In this document: positions 24,604-37,137 of the stretch, piece by piece
How positions within the stretch are numbered: position 1 is the stretch's first letter
Layout of the letters: every line of letters starts with the position of its first letter
NCBI GenBank assembly: GCA_977018835.1
Contig: OZ361258.1
Coordinates: forward strand, 1,426,001-1,490,000
Origin: Minutocellus sp. GHC0000111
Taxonomy: Eukaryota
Direction: 5' to 3'
Length of the DNA: 64,000 bases
The notes under the pieces: model-generated
Databases searched by the model: none
Told to the model about the DNA's origin: nothing
Seen by the model: the letters and a program-made list of their open reading frames with translations, nothing else
Position numbers and translations under genes: made by a program

Positions 24604-24686
24604 TTCACTCCCCAGCGCTCGGAAATATCGCACTATCACTCCTCAGCGCTCGGAAATGATGCTTTATCACTCTTCAGCGCTCGGAT
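24604..24686. repeat. 31-bp tandem repeat (~3 copies) in a divergent intergenic spacer
   Basis: TCACTCYYCAGCGCTCGGA, with the CAGCGCTCGGA core starting at 24613, 24644 and 24675. Confidence 0.9.
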
Positions 24687-25107
24687 TACTGTTTTGCTCA
24701 AGCAAGATGCGACACCGGCAGTCACATGATGACAGCGACACGCCCACTGCGACACTGCGACATGAGCTCGAGCACGCCGTCTTCTTCTTGCTTGTGCAGT
24801 TCAGTTTGCTGGAGACCGTGCTGCCTGGTATCTCCGCTCCCTCACAAACCGGAGAATGGAAACCTAAGCATCCCAACAACAATCAAAACCAACGACCACC
24901 TACTAGCTAGCCATGTGCAACCAAGTAAAACAAACGAAAACGAGGAGCCCTCTCCTGCTGTCGAACAGGCCGCTGTCGTTGGTAGGACGGACGAGATCGG
25001 CCGAGCTGATCCAAACCAGCGTGGCTAGATTCCGCGATGGTCTGCGAAGAGTCAAAACTACGAATCTTGCCGGCGCCAATAGAGACCGTGATGACACTAG
25101 TCACAAG

Positions 25108-26571
25108 ATGCTATCCCCTGCTCGATCATCGGAGACGGAAATGACCCTCGCCGAGGCCTCCAAGGCGGTCTTGACGGACCTTGCTCCGGAAATGGCGCGT
25201 ATATCGCTCCAGAGAAGTTCCGTTTCGAACTTTGATGACGACGAGCTTCTGCTCGACGATATGGCGTCTCGGCATCACGATTCTGCAAGTAACAAATCCT
25301 CGCCCCTGCTACTTGCCGCGGCGATTTTCGCTGCCGTCATATCAGTGGCCGTTGAATTCAATCGTTGCAGCAGTTGTAAGGCATTTGGATCGTTTGCCGC
25401 TGCTCAGTACAAACAGAATGCCGGCGGGCGAATCATACCTCGTGACGAGTACATCCGACACAACATTGCCAACGACGACGACATATCGTCTCTCCTCAGC
25501 CTTGATACAGACTACGAGCTTACTTCCGAACACATGGAGGACTACGCCAAGAATGGTTTCGTCGTTCTCAAGAATTTCCTCAATGCGTCCGATGTACAAA
25601 AACTCGAGGTCATTAGCGATTATCACCTTGACCAGCTCGCCTTCCCCGACTTTCTCACTTCCTGCTCTCGCAAGTTCCACGGGGAACTTTACCACTCCGT
25701 CGTCTCGTGGCAGTTCTGGCAGCAACCTCGGATATCCAACATGCTCTCCAACCTGGCTTTAGGCGGTGAGACGCCGTATGCTATCACATCGGAGATTCTT
25801 GAAATGCGCGACGATCTACCCAAGACATCTACTGGAGGCAGCAACGCCTGCATCCCACATTGGCATTGGGATTTTCTCACCTTCCCGATGAACTACGAAG
25901 AGAGCTACAAGTCTGGTACTCAGATTTGGATGGCCGGCACTGAGACTGTCAACGCCGAGGCTGGCGGAGGCCTTGCATTTATGCCCGGTTCCCATCTCTG
26001 GGCGAACGATATCGACGAGGGTGCCGAGCATCATCCATGCTTCGCAATGAATTTATTTGAAGACATGACCGCCGAGTGCAGCGCTCTATTGGAAACAAGC
26101 ATGGTCGTCCCTGAGCTTACTCCCGGCGACATTGTCGTCTTCTCAAGATTTACTCTCCACCGCAGCGTGGCACGAAGTCCTAATCATCCCTTCAAGTCCG
26201 GTCGTCGTCTTGGGTATACTCTCCGAGTTGGTTCTGGAGCTTCTACCTTCAAGAAGGATACTCTAACGTGTTTCCCTTCTCATCCAACGACACACTTTCA
26301 AGGTCAGCTTGAAGAAGGCCGCCGATATGATTCGGTCAACCACGACGACGCTGTTTACAGACCAATGGACCATAGGGACAACGACAATTTCATCTTGAAC
26401 GCTGATCGAAGGATGTCTCTTCCTACGTTCCTCAAATATAGCGCCGAAAGCACTTATCGCCAAAAGGTCAGCTACAAGCTTCTTGATGGTGTTGAAAATA
26501 TATTAAATGGCGCTGTTGGATACAAAACGTTTGATCTCAAGTGCGACGCTCACCCAACAAATGATGTGTAA
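25108..26571 (+). CDS. PhyH-family Fe(II)/2-oxoglutarate dioxygenase with an N-terminal hydrophobic anchor
   Basis: YAKNGFVVLKNFL, WHWD (HxD), GGLAFMPGSH, LTPGDIVVF...TLHRS, RLGYTLR; hydrophobic LLLAAAIFAAVISVAV. Start could be 24913, 25108 or 25141. Confidence 0.88.
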   Translation: MLSPARSSETEMTLAEASKAVLTDLAPEMARISLQRSSVSNFDDDELLLDDMASRHHDSASNKSSPLLLAAAIFAAVISVAVEFNRCSSCKAFGSFAAAQYKQNAGGRIIPRDEYIRHNIANDDDISSLLSLDTDYELTSEHMEDYAKNGFVVLKNFLNASDVQKLEVISDYHLDQLAFPDFLTSCSRKFHGELYHSVVSWQFWQQPRISNMLSNLALGGETPYAITSEILEMRDDLPKTSTGGSNACIPHWHWDFLTFPMNYEESYKSGTQIWMAGTETVNAEAGGGLAFMPGSHLWANDIDEGAEHHPCFAMNLFEDMTAECSALLETSMVVPELTPGDIVVFSRFTLHRSVARSPNHPFKSGRRLGYTLRVGSGASTFKKDTLTCFPSHPTTHFQGQLEEGRRYDSVNHDDAVYRPMDHRDNDNFILNADRRMSLPTFLKYSAESTYRQKVSYKLLDGVENILNGAVGYKTFDLKCDAHPTNDV

Positions 26572-26620
26572 AGGCACTGTGCGTCATTTTGTTGCTCTCA
26601 TTAGAAATTAAGCAATAGAA

Positions 26621-26644
26621 TATATATATATATATATATATATA
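26621..26644. repeat. (TA)12 microsatellite
   Basis: Read directly from the sequence. Confidence 0.95.
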
Positions 26645-26807
26645 CAAGATTCTTTACAATCCAAACATCCATGTGATTTTGCAATTTGCTTGCTGCTCGA
26701 TCGACAAGTGACAAGTGATACCTAGGTAAGTGACACAGTGACACGTCTGTCCTTCGTCCGTCAAATCCATCTTGATCATTCATTTTTCTCGAACCCGAAC
26801 GCCAACC

Positions 26808-28726
26808 ATGCCCGAAGCAACCGCCATCACCAACACTTCTAGCAAGAAGCGCTCGCTCGCCAAGAGCGGCGACAAGAGCAGCCGAAAGAAGAACAAGGCT
26901 CTGCTAAAGCGCCGACGTGAGATTGAGCGAGAGGCAGCCGCCAGAACTCTCAACGGCAATGGCCGGAGTCCCGACCTCCCACCGCTTCCCGTTCCAAGTC
27001 GTCGTCCTCGTCAGATGCCAGTTTGGGTACACTCTTCGGACATCCCTACGGAGCCCTGCCCCACGGCAATTCATTGGCACATTCCGATCCAACCACGTCG
27101 CCCGATCATGTCCGTTCGACTGGTCTCGGTGTCCTCCGATGTCTCAACGACGAGCAAATATTGATGCTGCTCTCATTTTTGACCGGTGACGACTTGGGCC
27201 GATGGGTGCAGGCCTCTCGCTTTGCCTACGTCGCCGGACATCACGACGAGCTGTGGAGAGATCTAACGCTCCGTTCGGCCGATGCCGAGAAGCGCGGCAT
27301 CGACTTCCACTACAAGTGGAGAGATACGTACGTGCTTCATGAGTGTCGTGCCATGGAGAAGGCTAATGGCGAGGCTCAATCTAATGATAGCACTGATGCG
27401 GAGGAAAAGTCGAGCAAGGAAGACGCCGAAAAGATGGAAACAGTGGAATTACCAGCTCTCTTCTGCCCGCACAAACCAATCAAGATATATGGGATATATT
27501 CCGATACCTTTTATCGAAGCTGGTTGTGCCGTTCGTTCGAGCTGAACCCTTCGTGGTTGTCCACCGAGACGATTGACCGGGTCGATGCCTCCAACATGAC
27601 CTCGGAGCGGTTCTTGAACGATTATGAAATTGCCAACAAACCCGTCATCATTTATAATGCCACCAACAACTGGCCGGCGATCCAAAAGTGGAACCGGCAG
27701 TACCTTATCGATCAGACCGAGGGGGTTATCTTCCGTGCCACGTCAGGTGCAGCACCGTTGCCATCGTAATTTACCATGAGCTCCTATGCGAAATATTGCG
27801 ATGGTGCTGCCGAGGAGGCACCACTGTATTTATTTGACCGGACATTTACGAAAACCGTTCCCCATTTGCTCGATGACTTTGTCCCATCTCTAAAACAGAC
27901 GCTGCCATACCTTTCACCGGATGCTCCTCATGGTCACGATTTGTTTTCGCTTTTGGGCGAGGGCCGCCGACCTGATTATCGTTGGATTATTGTGGGACCG
28001 AAGCGATCGGGCAGTTCCTTTCATATTGACCCCAACTGCACTCATGCGTGGAACATTCCTGTGACCGGCCGAAAGCGATGGATCTTTTATCCACCGGGAG
28101 TGAATCCTCCTGGAGTTTTTCCGTCGGCGAACGGCGATGATGTAACCATGCCCATATCGATTGGAGAATGGTTCCTAACGTACTGGGATGAGCACTGCCG
28201 CCGGAGAGATAGTCCGTCGACCCCACCCAAGGAACGACCTTTGGAGTGCACCGTATCCCCCGGTGAAATTCTGTTTGTAACGCATGGTTGGTGGCACAGT
28301 GTTCTGAATCTTGACGACGGTCTTAGCGTAGCTTTGACGCAAAATTATGTTTCGTCGTCGAATTTGGGTGACGTGCTGCGATTCTTGGACAGTCGCGTTG
28401 GTCAGATTAGCGGCTGTCGGGATCGAAACGAAGCTATCAAGCCTGAAGAATTGGGGGCTGAATTCAACTAGGTACTAGGCGATAAACGACCGGAGCTATT
28501 GCAGTCGGGCAAAGAGGCCAAGGCAAAGGGTTGGAGCTGCAAGGCTTGGACTGATGATTTTGACGATGATGGAGACGCGTGTGGCGGTGCTGCCAAGAAA
28601 CAGAAAAAAGAAAGTAGTAGTATTTTGGACAAGGCAAAGAGTTTGGGGACTGATGTTGGCACTGGAGATGCTGGAGGAAATGCTTTCGGTGGCGGAGGTG
28701 GTGGATTTTGTTTTGGGTTTATGTAA
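26808..28726 (+). pseudogene. F-box/JmjC protein (JMJD6-like oxygenase) with one frameshift and two in-frame stops
   Basis: HPYGALPHGN, F-box-like LNDEQILMLLSFL, PLYLFD, RPDYRWIIVGPKRSGSSFHIDPN, HGWWHSVLN, ALTQNYV. Frameshift ~26980; TAA 27767-27769; TAG 28469-28471. Confidence 0.85.
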
Positions 28727-28841
28727 TATTTTTTTCCTGGAAGTGGGTCGAGTCGAGGAGTCGAGTTGAAGAGTGGAGTCGAGTCGAGTCAATGAAACCA
28801 ATTAACTAGATCTATATCCCATTTTTACTCTTTAGCTTGCT

Positions 28842-29894
28842 TTATACACCCAGGTACGTGCGTGCTATGATATTCCCCAGCATCGCTGTCCCATGTTTGG
28901 CTGGATGGAAACCATCGGCAGCGAAAAAGTCGTCCATGACCAGAGACTGAACTTCCTTCTCATCCAAATGTTCGAGCAAATCATGCCGAGAACCATCCAG
29001 CACGTCAGATACCGGCGGTAAATGCGCCATGACAACTTTGCATCGACGACTATTGCGCCCTTGGCAGCCTCGATAAAGATTTCTATCGCGAACAACCTCT
29101 TCCACCTTTCGCTGTAGCGATCGGCTCTTCCATCCCAGGACCGAGCTCAAAGGAAACGGAAGGAAAGGCATGAGGCTGAAATCCAACAAACCCATCAATG
29201 TAATTGCTGGAAGCTCGCCCGCAAGCATTTGTTGTTTCGCCTTCGCATTCTCATCGGCAAAGCAATCATCAATTGCATCGAGTAACGAAGTAACCTCTGT
29301 GCCATACCTTTCGGCTGAATGAGCGCTTAATGTGTTGTTCACACCACAGCTGATAACAATGACATCAGGGAGCACATGGTCTTCCGACACTAGGCGTCGA
29401 AACGAAGGAATTATCTCCTCTTCAATACCCCCTGCGGTTAGCCCCGACTTTCCGTAGGACCAATATCGCACTGATCGATGCAACAAGCGAGCAAAAGCAG
29501 ATGCCGTCTGACCGCCAAGCGCAACCTCATGCTCATCATTGCCGATCCCTTCTACGGGAGAATCTCCCAACAATACTAGCCGAAACTCTTCATCGGCATC
29601 TTCTTCGTTTGTTCTACCCCTGTTGCCTTCATCTTTGTTTGTTCCATCGTCGTCGTCGTTACTATTGTTACCGGTACATCGTACCAGGATGCCATCGGGC
29701 TCAAAGTCGTGTCCCGACTTATCTGGCGGTGGCAAGCGCGGCGTCTTCCATGCGACATATGCCAGTTCCGCTGCCAGCACAAGAGCCGAAACACCAGCAA
29801 TTGCACCCGTTGCCTGAGCCACTGCTGTCACTGGATGCTTCCTTCGTCGGCCCTGACCTTGGCCTTGATGTTGGTAGGAGGAATGCCGCTCCAT
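28842..29894 (-). CDS. SGNH/GDSL hydrolase
   Basis: LLGDS (block I), GKSG, SCGVNN (block III), DGFHP (block V); N-terminal TM segment. Confidence 0.88.
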   Translation of the reverse strand: MERHSSYQHQGQGQGRRRKHPVTAVAQATGAIAGVSALVLAAELAYVAWKTPRLPPPDKSGHDFEPDGILVRCTGNNSNDDDDGTNKDEGNRGRTNEEDADEEFRLVLLGDSPVEGIGNDEHEVALGGQTASAFARLLHRSVRYWSYGKSGLTAGGIEEEIIPSFRRLVSEDHVLPDVIVISCGVNNTLSAHSAERYGTEVTSLLDAIDDCFADENAKAKQQMLAGELPAITLMGLLDFSLMPFLPFPLSSVLGWKSRSLQRKVEEVVRDRNLYRGCQGRNSRRCKVVMAHLPPVSDVLDGSRHDLLEHLDEKEVQSLVMDDFFAADGFHPAKHGTAMLGNIIARTYLGV

Positions 29895-30349
29895 GTCAGA
29901 CGTCGGTGTGACACAGAGAGGTCCGATCGCCTGCCCCCAGATTGTTCGTGCTAACACACCGTGCTTTAAATGCAAGATCTACGGTAGTGTGGCCGCCGGG
30001 TCGGCGAGGCTGCCTGCTGTAGGGAGGAAGGCTCGCTGCCTTGCACCCGCCCTCTCGTCGCTCTGCGTCGGCAGCGCAGATGGATGGGAAAATGAGCACG
30101 CTTCCTTATCGGGGCAGGGGGAGACCCCGAACAATTTCGCGAGCCTGCCGGCCAGCAACTTTCTGATCGTTTGGTTTTTGCCGCCGATGGCCACATCTCT
30201 TTGCTTGGAGGTATCGTTACTGCTACTGTGCGTCCTCTGCGGCAAGTTGCACCATACTGAGCTGATACGCATCGCAGCTTTGTTTTGACAAGCTCTTCTT
30301 TCCATCAGAGTGCCCCGAGGCTCGCTTTCAGTGCCCTTCTCACTGCGCA

Positions 30350-33248
30350 ATGAGAGGCCCACTTTCTGGCACGACATGTGCTGCTTCTCCTTCTGAGGAG
30401 GCATCTGCTGCCGATGTAATGAACGGCCAGATGATGAATGATTGCACACATTGCCCAGCGCATTGCTCTGATATAAGCGAAGTTTCTTCGCGTGAGAGGA
30501 TATTCGCTTCGGTATCTTCGCAACACACCCACAAACACCAACAAAGCCGAAAGCAACCGCTACACCTCTTCCTAACAACCGCTGGTTGGGCATTATGTCT
30601 TTTCATTCTTGCTTGTATCCCGCCCACGGTCTCGGCCCAGCCCAACGGCAACGATCGGCGGACCAACGAAGATTTTTTATTCGATCTGGCCAACGCCCCG
30701 ACGGTCCTTCCAGATCCGTCTGTTCGCTTCGGAGGGGCGCAACCTGCAGCTATCGGAAGGGTCCATCACGGCCGTTCGGAAGGAGACGCAACGATACGTC
30801 GATGATCATTTGAGAGAGCTGTACACCGAGCAGGGATATCAGTTTGACTTTGTCAGATTGGAAGTTTTGGACAGTTCCGTGGTGGTGCGTTCTAATAATG
30901 ATGACGGCGGTCGAGCCAGGAAGAGAGATAGACGTACCCTTCGAGGTCGGCGGTCACTCGTGACACCAACGGACCAGCGCACCCTCCAAGATGACAACGA
31001 CGGCGATGAAGGAACGGCCATCACCCTCGGCGGAGAGATAACCTTTGTCGATCGGCCGGTCCCGGAGCAGTGGAAGATCGAGTCGAACTTTCTCTCGGCG
31101 ATACGTCAATACGACGATCTGAGGGAGGTCCTTGTAACGTCGGACGATCCAGCCCTGCGCTTGGTCGATGCTGTGGAAGTCAAGAGCATGGCATCGGTCC
31201 AGCAGGAGCAGGATCTGAGTGCCATCGAGGGTGGGAAGGATGTGCTGCCCTCTTGGATGGGAGATGTTGTAGACGACATTGAGGATGGAAAGGAGGAGGA
31301 GATCGAACATCAAGAGGCTATGGACAATGACAACAATAATGTTGATAATATTATTCCCGACGACAAGGACAACGACGTGGAAACTAAAATCCCTCCTTCG
31401 TTTGGTGGTTCTAATCCGGCCCCTACTCTTGGCGAAGGTCCAAAGGATTATCCGAAGGGCACTGCTGTATCGGTCGAAAAGGGCCCATCGACATCCAACG
31501 CCGATCCATCGGGCGGCACCAGTACCGCCACCGTTGTCATCATTGTTTTAGGTGTCCTCCTTGGCCTGGCCCTTGTCGCCGCCTCGACTATTCTCCTCAT
31601 CAAGCGTCGCAATGCTAGATCCGACGAACTGATCAACAAATGGACCGTCAATGATGATATCGGATACGATACCGCCATTTCTCCCACTGCCACCGGCGAA
31701 TCTGGTGGTTCCAACGTCTTTGCGAATGAAGAGCACGCATTGAAGGCCGTCCATGTAACGAGTGGAACTCTCGATGCAGCCAGTCATGTCGACACATCCC
31801 AGAACTTCTCAAATGATCACACATGTCCTCCAGCTTCTACCTGTATGAAACCGCAGCCTTTTGCTAATGACAAGTCGTCTCAGGAAATTGGTAAACCGAA
31901 TGCTGAAGCGCCTTCAGCCTCTGGATATCAACAAACAGAAACACATGCCACGCAATGTTCCGAAATCAGGGCTGCTCCTAACAACATTTCAGATCCGGAG
32001 CCAGAGGAAGGAGGCAACAATGCTGTCAAGATGAGATCTTTGGCTTCAGGTGTCAGCAGACTTCCGCCTACTCCACCCATATCCGAACAGAAAGTAGTTA
32101 GAATTGCTCCACTCCTGCCACCGCGAGAGCACGCCCGGTCTGTTGGAACCAAGTCGACTTGCTCTCAGGATGAAATCGTGACGAATAGCGTCGCTACGAT
32201 GAGACCTGGTTTGTCGACCAATGATTCCTTAAATTTGGGTTCACGCCCACCGATGCACATGGGACTTACGGCTGGGGCGTTTCCGACCTCCGCTCCCGGT
32301 TCTCATTATGTGAGCCGAAACTCCCTGCGCTCCTTTGCTTCTTCTTCGTATCAAACTAGTGTTGATGGAGATACACAGCATAGTGGCGCCTATCCCGGGA
32401 TTCATCACAATGGAATTGATACGTTGCATCCCATGGACTGGTCTTGCCGGGGTTCAGAAACTGGAGGAGAAGATGGCGAGGCAGAAAGCGTTGGCAACTC
32501 CACTCTTACAACTGAATGCCCACCCGATGCCAAGGCTGGAGCCTATCCAGCTCTGCCTGCCAGTCTTCTTGATGGAGCAGGCGGTGATAGGGCAAACGAC
32601 CACGCCGCTGCCGATGTATGTCCTGTCTCAACATCTTTCCCAAACAATGCTAACCGAGAATCTTCTGATGTTGACAGGGAATCTCCTCGAAATATTTCTT
32701 CGCCTCAAACTCGGGAAACATCTTCTGATTTGCTTTCGCCATCTACCGGCACTGGGACGATGAACTCTCGAGCATCGAGCACTGATCGTTCCGGTGAGGG
32801 TGCGAATCAGCTTATCAAGGATTTGCTTTGGCTTGAAGGAAAGCTGGCAGATGTCCGAGCATCCAAAGCAAAAGCCTCCACTGGAGGGGACCAAAATCAA
32901 GCCGCGCTGTTCTCACCCGTCGGAAAGACCTCCGGCAATCGAGATCCGTACAAGGATAGAGAGGCAAAGCGTCGCAAAGACACTCAGTCCATCGTTTGTA
33001 GAGATTGCTACGCTCCGCCAGGCAAACTGTACATTGTAATCCACACGACGAAAGATGGTCCTGCTGTGCACTCCATCAGAGAAGGCAGCGCCCTCGAAGG
33101 CCATCTCTTTCCCGAAGATTTGATTGTCGCCGTTGATGATGTTGATACGAGGTCATTCCCTGCGGAAGAAGTGATCAAAATGTTGTCTGATAAGATGGAC
33201 AGCGAGCGAAAGATTACTGTACTCCATTTTGAGGATAATGGGCAGTAA
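30350..33248 (+). CDS. Type-I membrane protein with a C-terminal PDZ domain; probable frameshift near 30690 between the signal-peptide ORF and the main ORF
   Basis: Signal-like WALCLFILACIPPTVSAQ in the 30350 ORF; TM VVIIVLGVLLGLALVAASTILLI-KRR; PDZ APPGKL.IVI.TTKDGPAVH..GS.LEG.LFP.D.IVAVD. Confidence 0.75.
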
Positions 33249-33341
33249 GATTTCTTCGGTTGTGCTTATGCAGTTTACTGATGTACGACTTATATGTGTT
33301 TAGCGATGATAATAATATAGATATGTTACAGTTAAGAACCA

Positions 33342-34948
33342 CTACCCATTTGATTCTATTTTGCTATGCTCCGTACCCTGCCCATTGCCCTCAATACGTT
33401 CAAGAGATGCTTCCATTTCTTCCGCAACGTCTTGAGCCGACCATCGTTTCCGTGGATCCATTACAAAACAACGCTTGATTGCCCGTCCCATGGCTATTGC
33501 AGCCGGATGAGTTCTATTGAGATCCACAAAGTCCCAGGGAATCTTGCCTTGGAGGACGTCTTCGCGAACCCGCGCGATTGCCTTCGCCAGTGGTATCCTT
33601 CTCATGCTCAGCTTTTCTGGACGCCTTGTTGCTCTGTTTCCCGTGAAGATTTCGTAGATGAGGTGACCCAGACTCCAAACATCTACCTCCTCATCAAGCA
33701 GAGGTTGGTCCTCTTTATTCTCAACCAATCCTAACGAGCTCAGGCTCCAGCCCTTTTTCTCTGCCGATGACCGGCGCATGATCAGCTCCTCCGGCGCACG
33801 ATACCAAGGCATATGATCAACACTCTTAAAGCCACATCGCTTTCTTTTGACTCGATCCCATTGAAGGAATTCAACCATATTGAAATCGCTCAATTTTGGT
33901 GTATGTCCATCAAATATAAGTACATTTTCGGGCTTCAAGTCGTAGTGCACCATCGTAGCATTGTTGCGCCCATCTATTTCGTGGATATGGGCCACACCTT
34001 TGGCCAGCATAATCGACACTTTTAGCTTCTGGCGCAGAACATCACCGCTGGTCTGACCACGCCACTTTCGAGAATATGCATTCAGGTCAAAATTACTGGC
34101 AAGTTCATTGAGAGCCGACTGTCCGCAGAAACCATATGTGTCAATCACATACGGTGATGAAGACAATCGCTCCATGGCCAAAGCATCTTTCCGGTTGGAT
34201 TCAAATTCAAGGTCAGAGAAAGTAAGTTCAGATCCTCCCTTTAGACGCAGGCTGTAATCCATTCAAAAGAAATGAGAGGTAGACGATACAAGTATACCAA
34301 GCCTCGGGCGGTTAGACACATCAAATCAGAACCAAAACAATAATAACCCAGCATGATTGTTTCTGCTCCAACTCACTTTAATGTTTTCAGCACAACAGCA
34401 GTCCCAATCCCAGAACCAAAGTCAACTTTCCAGGCTGTACGAACGGATCCCTTCCCCAGGTAATGCACATGCAGTTCCGCTATTTGTTGCATGGAAGCAC
34501 CAGTAGTATTGGTACTGTTGAGCCTCGCCGCCATCATGCTCAACTCGTGAAAGGAATTGCAATTGGGATATGACTGAGTCTGCCATCGCTGCATCGGGAT
34601 GCAGTCGCCGTGCTCGTATAGTTCTTTGTGATGATACTCCTGTTTCACCTCTTCCCCGGGGGAAACACGGAGCATGGGGTCGAGTGTGCCGAGCGCTGAC
34701 CACTCCGCCTCGAGGGCAAGTCGTTTCTCTGTTTTGTTGATGTTTGCATTTGTTGTGCCGACATGTCCACATTTTTGAGGCGAAGCGTAGAAGACCAGCA
34801 CCGCTTCTAATACTAGCAGCAGAGATGATGAATCCTTCTGTCGTGCGGTGGCGTTGATGTGATGTGGACAGACCAGAAGAATGAGACAATACCAAAGACG
34901 AGAGGCGGGAGAAGCAATCGCCATTGTCGTTGGTTCATGTTGTGTCAT
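33342..34948 (-). CDS. Protein kinase (PKDCC/VLK-like, probably secretory pathway); intron 34252-34376
   Basis: LGKGSVRTAW, VVLK, HYDLKPEN, DFN, YRAPEE, DVWSLG. Phase-2 GTGAGT...TACAG intron joins the two ORFs. Confidence 0.85.
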
Positions 34949-35199
34949 AAATCGGAAGATGCCAACGGCGCTCGACTTCCAGCCTCAATACTAAAGACCC
35001 CAGCACTTGCCAATCACCGGCTGGTATCCTTCCACACCATGCCATTCATCTCGAACAACCAAATTCAATGCATGCATTGCAGATACGGCAGTTTGCACAT
35101 GATGGCGCGGCGAGTCGAGTCGAGTCAGTCGGAAGTTGGACTGACATCGCCGACCGGCGAAGTGCGGTCGCCTGGCAGAATGATACCACCAAGGGGATG

Positions 35200-35300
35200 G
35201 ATACCACCGCATGCATCGGCGCCGTCATGTGCTGCCGCCGCTCTTCCCGGTCAAAAGATACCGGCGCATGCATCGGCACCGTAATGTGCTGCCACCGCAG
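35200..35300. repeat. 57-bp imperfect tandem duplication
   Basis: gatacc..cgcatgcatcggc.ccgt.atgtgctgcc.ccgc at 35200 and 35257. Confidence 0.85.
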
Positions 35301-35312
35301 AGCCAACTCTGG

Positions 35313-37098
35313 TATGAGGGGCTGGAGGGCTTACCTTGTGGAAATTGTAGCCCTGAATGCTTCAGAGGCAGCCCCTGTCGTCGGAGCATTTATGCCGACA
35401 TCTGTGATGCAACCGAACGCAGCAGCGCCAACAATTACTCGCACGTGTAGAATTGAAGAACAAAGGCGCTCTCGTTCTTCCCTTTTACCGCCGAGATCTC
35501 TATGCTTGCAACAATCACATGTGTTAACAATAAGAATTCGAGAGCAAAAGTCTTATGTTTCTCATCCACTTCATGCCAATTTGGTCGGCCTTGACATTGG
35601 CACCATCTCAGCGGCAGGATCAATTGCCATATCCACAGCTGCGGGCATGTGGGCTGACAAGCATATTCGGTTCCTACATGGCGCAGGAACTATGATCACA
35701 ATATTATTCGCATAGCATTTCTCGAATTTAGGGATAGCACCATCATCTCACCCATTGTACGAGTACTCGTGGACCCATCTCCTACCTGCATCGCTCGCTT
35801 TGCTTCTGCTTTCCCCGACTGTGCAAACGGATGAGGAGGATAGTACATCTACCGTCACTTTGCGCACGAGAGATGCAGCAAAAGAGGAGATTGGGGCGGT
35901 GTCGGTACCCTTTGTCATCGGCTGCATAGGAAGTGTGCTTGGATGTTTGGTTGCCTTCCTTGTATCTGTCCTGGGCAGAGAAAACACAAGTCGAGCTCAT
36001 TCACATATTCTCAAAGGTCGCAAACATTTCTTCTGGTTGCCGGGACATTTATTGCTCAAGCCTGCGGAGGCAGCGGTTGCAGCTGGATGTCTCTGCGCAT
36101 CGCACATAGGCGGATCTGCCAACTATTTCTCTTGTGCAAGGATAATATCCAAATCGGTGGACATACCAGATTATGATGGGGCCTCTGGCGTATTATCAGG
36201 AACATTTGGTAGCTCAGCATCTGATCTTCTCATTATGGCTCTATATTTCTCAACAGTCACGGCAAGTTTGTCCTCTAAGCTTCTTCAGCGGTGGTTTCCA
36301 GGGAGAGTAATTGCGTCCAGAACAACTGAGAATGACTCTTTAGATCCAGATAACAATGATCCAGCCCAGCGAAAGAGTCGGCAGTCCTTGAGAAGGCGAC
36401 TATTGGCAAGAATACTACTAAAGAAAAGGCGATACAGACGAAGAGCTGTGGCAGCAATGATTCTTGTTCCTTTATCGCTGTTGATTGTGCAAGTTGCTGA
36501 CTCGGTTGAAACGCTATCAAAGCTTCCCGGAATGGGCTCATTGGCGATATCAGTGGTTGCGATAGGAATAAGTCGTCTACTGCGTGGTTTCATCGATCAC
36601 TTTGAAGAGCGCCAACGACATGGACCGGTTGCCCTCCTGAGTGAGATGAACCAGATTTCGTCTACATTGTCAGATGTGTGTTTCTACTTGCTCTTTGCTT
36701 CCATTGGTAGTACCGCTAATCTTGGGTCGGCAATATTCCAGAGTGGTTGGCATTCGGCGTCTTCATTTATCTTCGCGGCAACAGCCCTCTTTGTCCACAT
36801 CCTTGTGATTGTGTTTGGATCTCTTGGCGTTGAACGGCTATTTCCCTCGTTTCGATTCTTTCCGTTGGGGATTGATGAAATTGAAGTTGCGTCCAATGCA
36901 GCCATCGGTGGACCCGTAACAGCAGCGGCAGTGGCGGCCGGCTTGGCTACGGAAGAAGATAGCTCCCAGACGAAACGAAAAGGGCTGATATTGGCTGCCA
37001 CAACGTGGGGGATTGTAGGTTATGGAGTCGCAACGGCTGCCGGTGTTGCGCTCTGCAAAGTCCTCTTGACATATCTTCTGAATTCTTCTTTACTATAG
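35313..37098 (+). pseudogene. DUF819-like multi-pass membrane protein with an in-frame TAG at 35713-35715
   Basis: FSNLGIAP..HPLY..LLPASLALLLL, LCASHIGGSANY, LFASIG, VASNAAIGGP.TAAA, GIVGYGVAT. Upstream and downstream ORFs share a frame across a single TAG. Start uncertain. Confidence 0.75.
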
Positions 37099-37137
37099 CA
37101 TGTACTTATCTGAACAAAAGCTACAGGCTACGTAGGT

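Noticed and set aside
24604..24686. CRISPR-like array
   Set aside because: Only three units, linkers of ~12 bp that resemble each other, no cas genes, eukaryotic context.
23452..28726. Domoic acid (dab) type cluster, or inclusion of the JmjC gene in the module
   Set aside because: No terpene-cyclase-like N-prenyltransferase or P450. The oxygenase is PhyH-type, and the JmjC gene is a broadly conserved F-box/JMJD6-like protein that is disrupted here.
28745..28790. (GAGTC)n-like runs, also at ~35112-35128
   Set aside because: Short degenerate microsatellite with no further structure.
22100..35715. Alternative genetic code or systematic stop read-through explaining in-frame stops
   Set aside because: All three stop codons occur internally, each is also used as a true terminator in intact genes, and they co-occur with frameshifts. 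Decay or sequence error is simpler.
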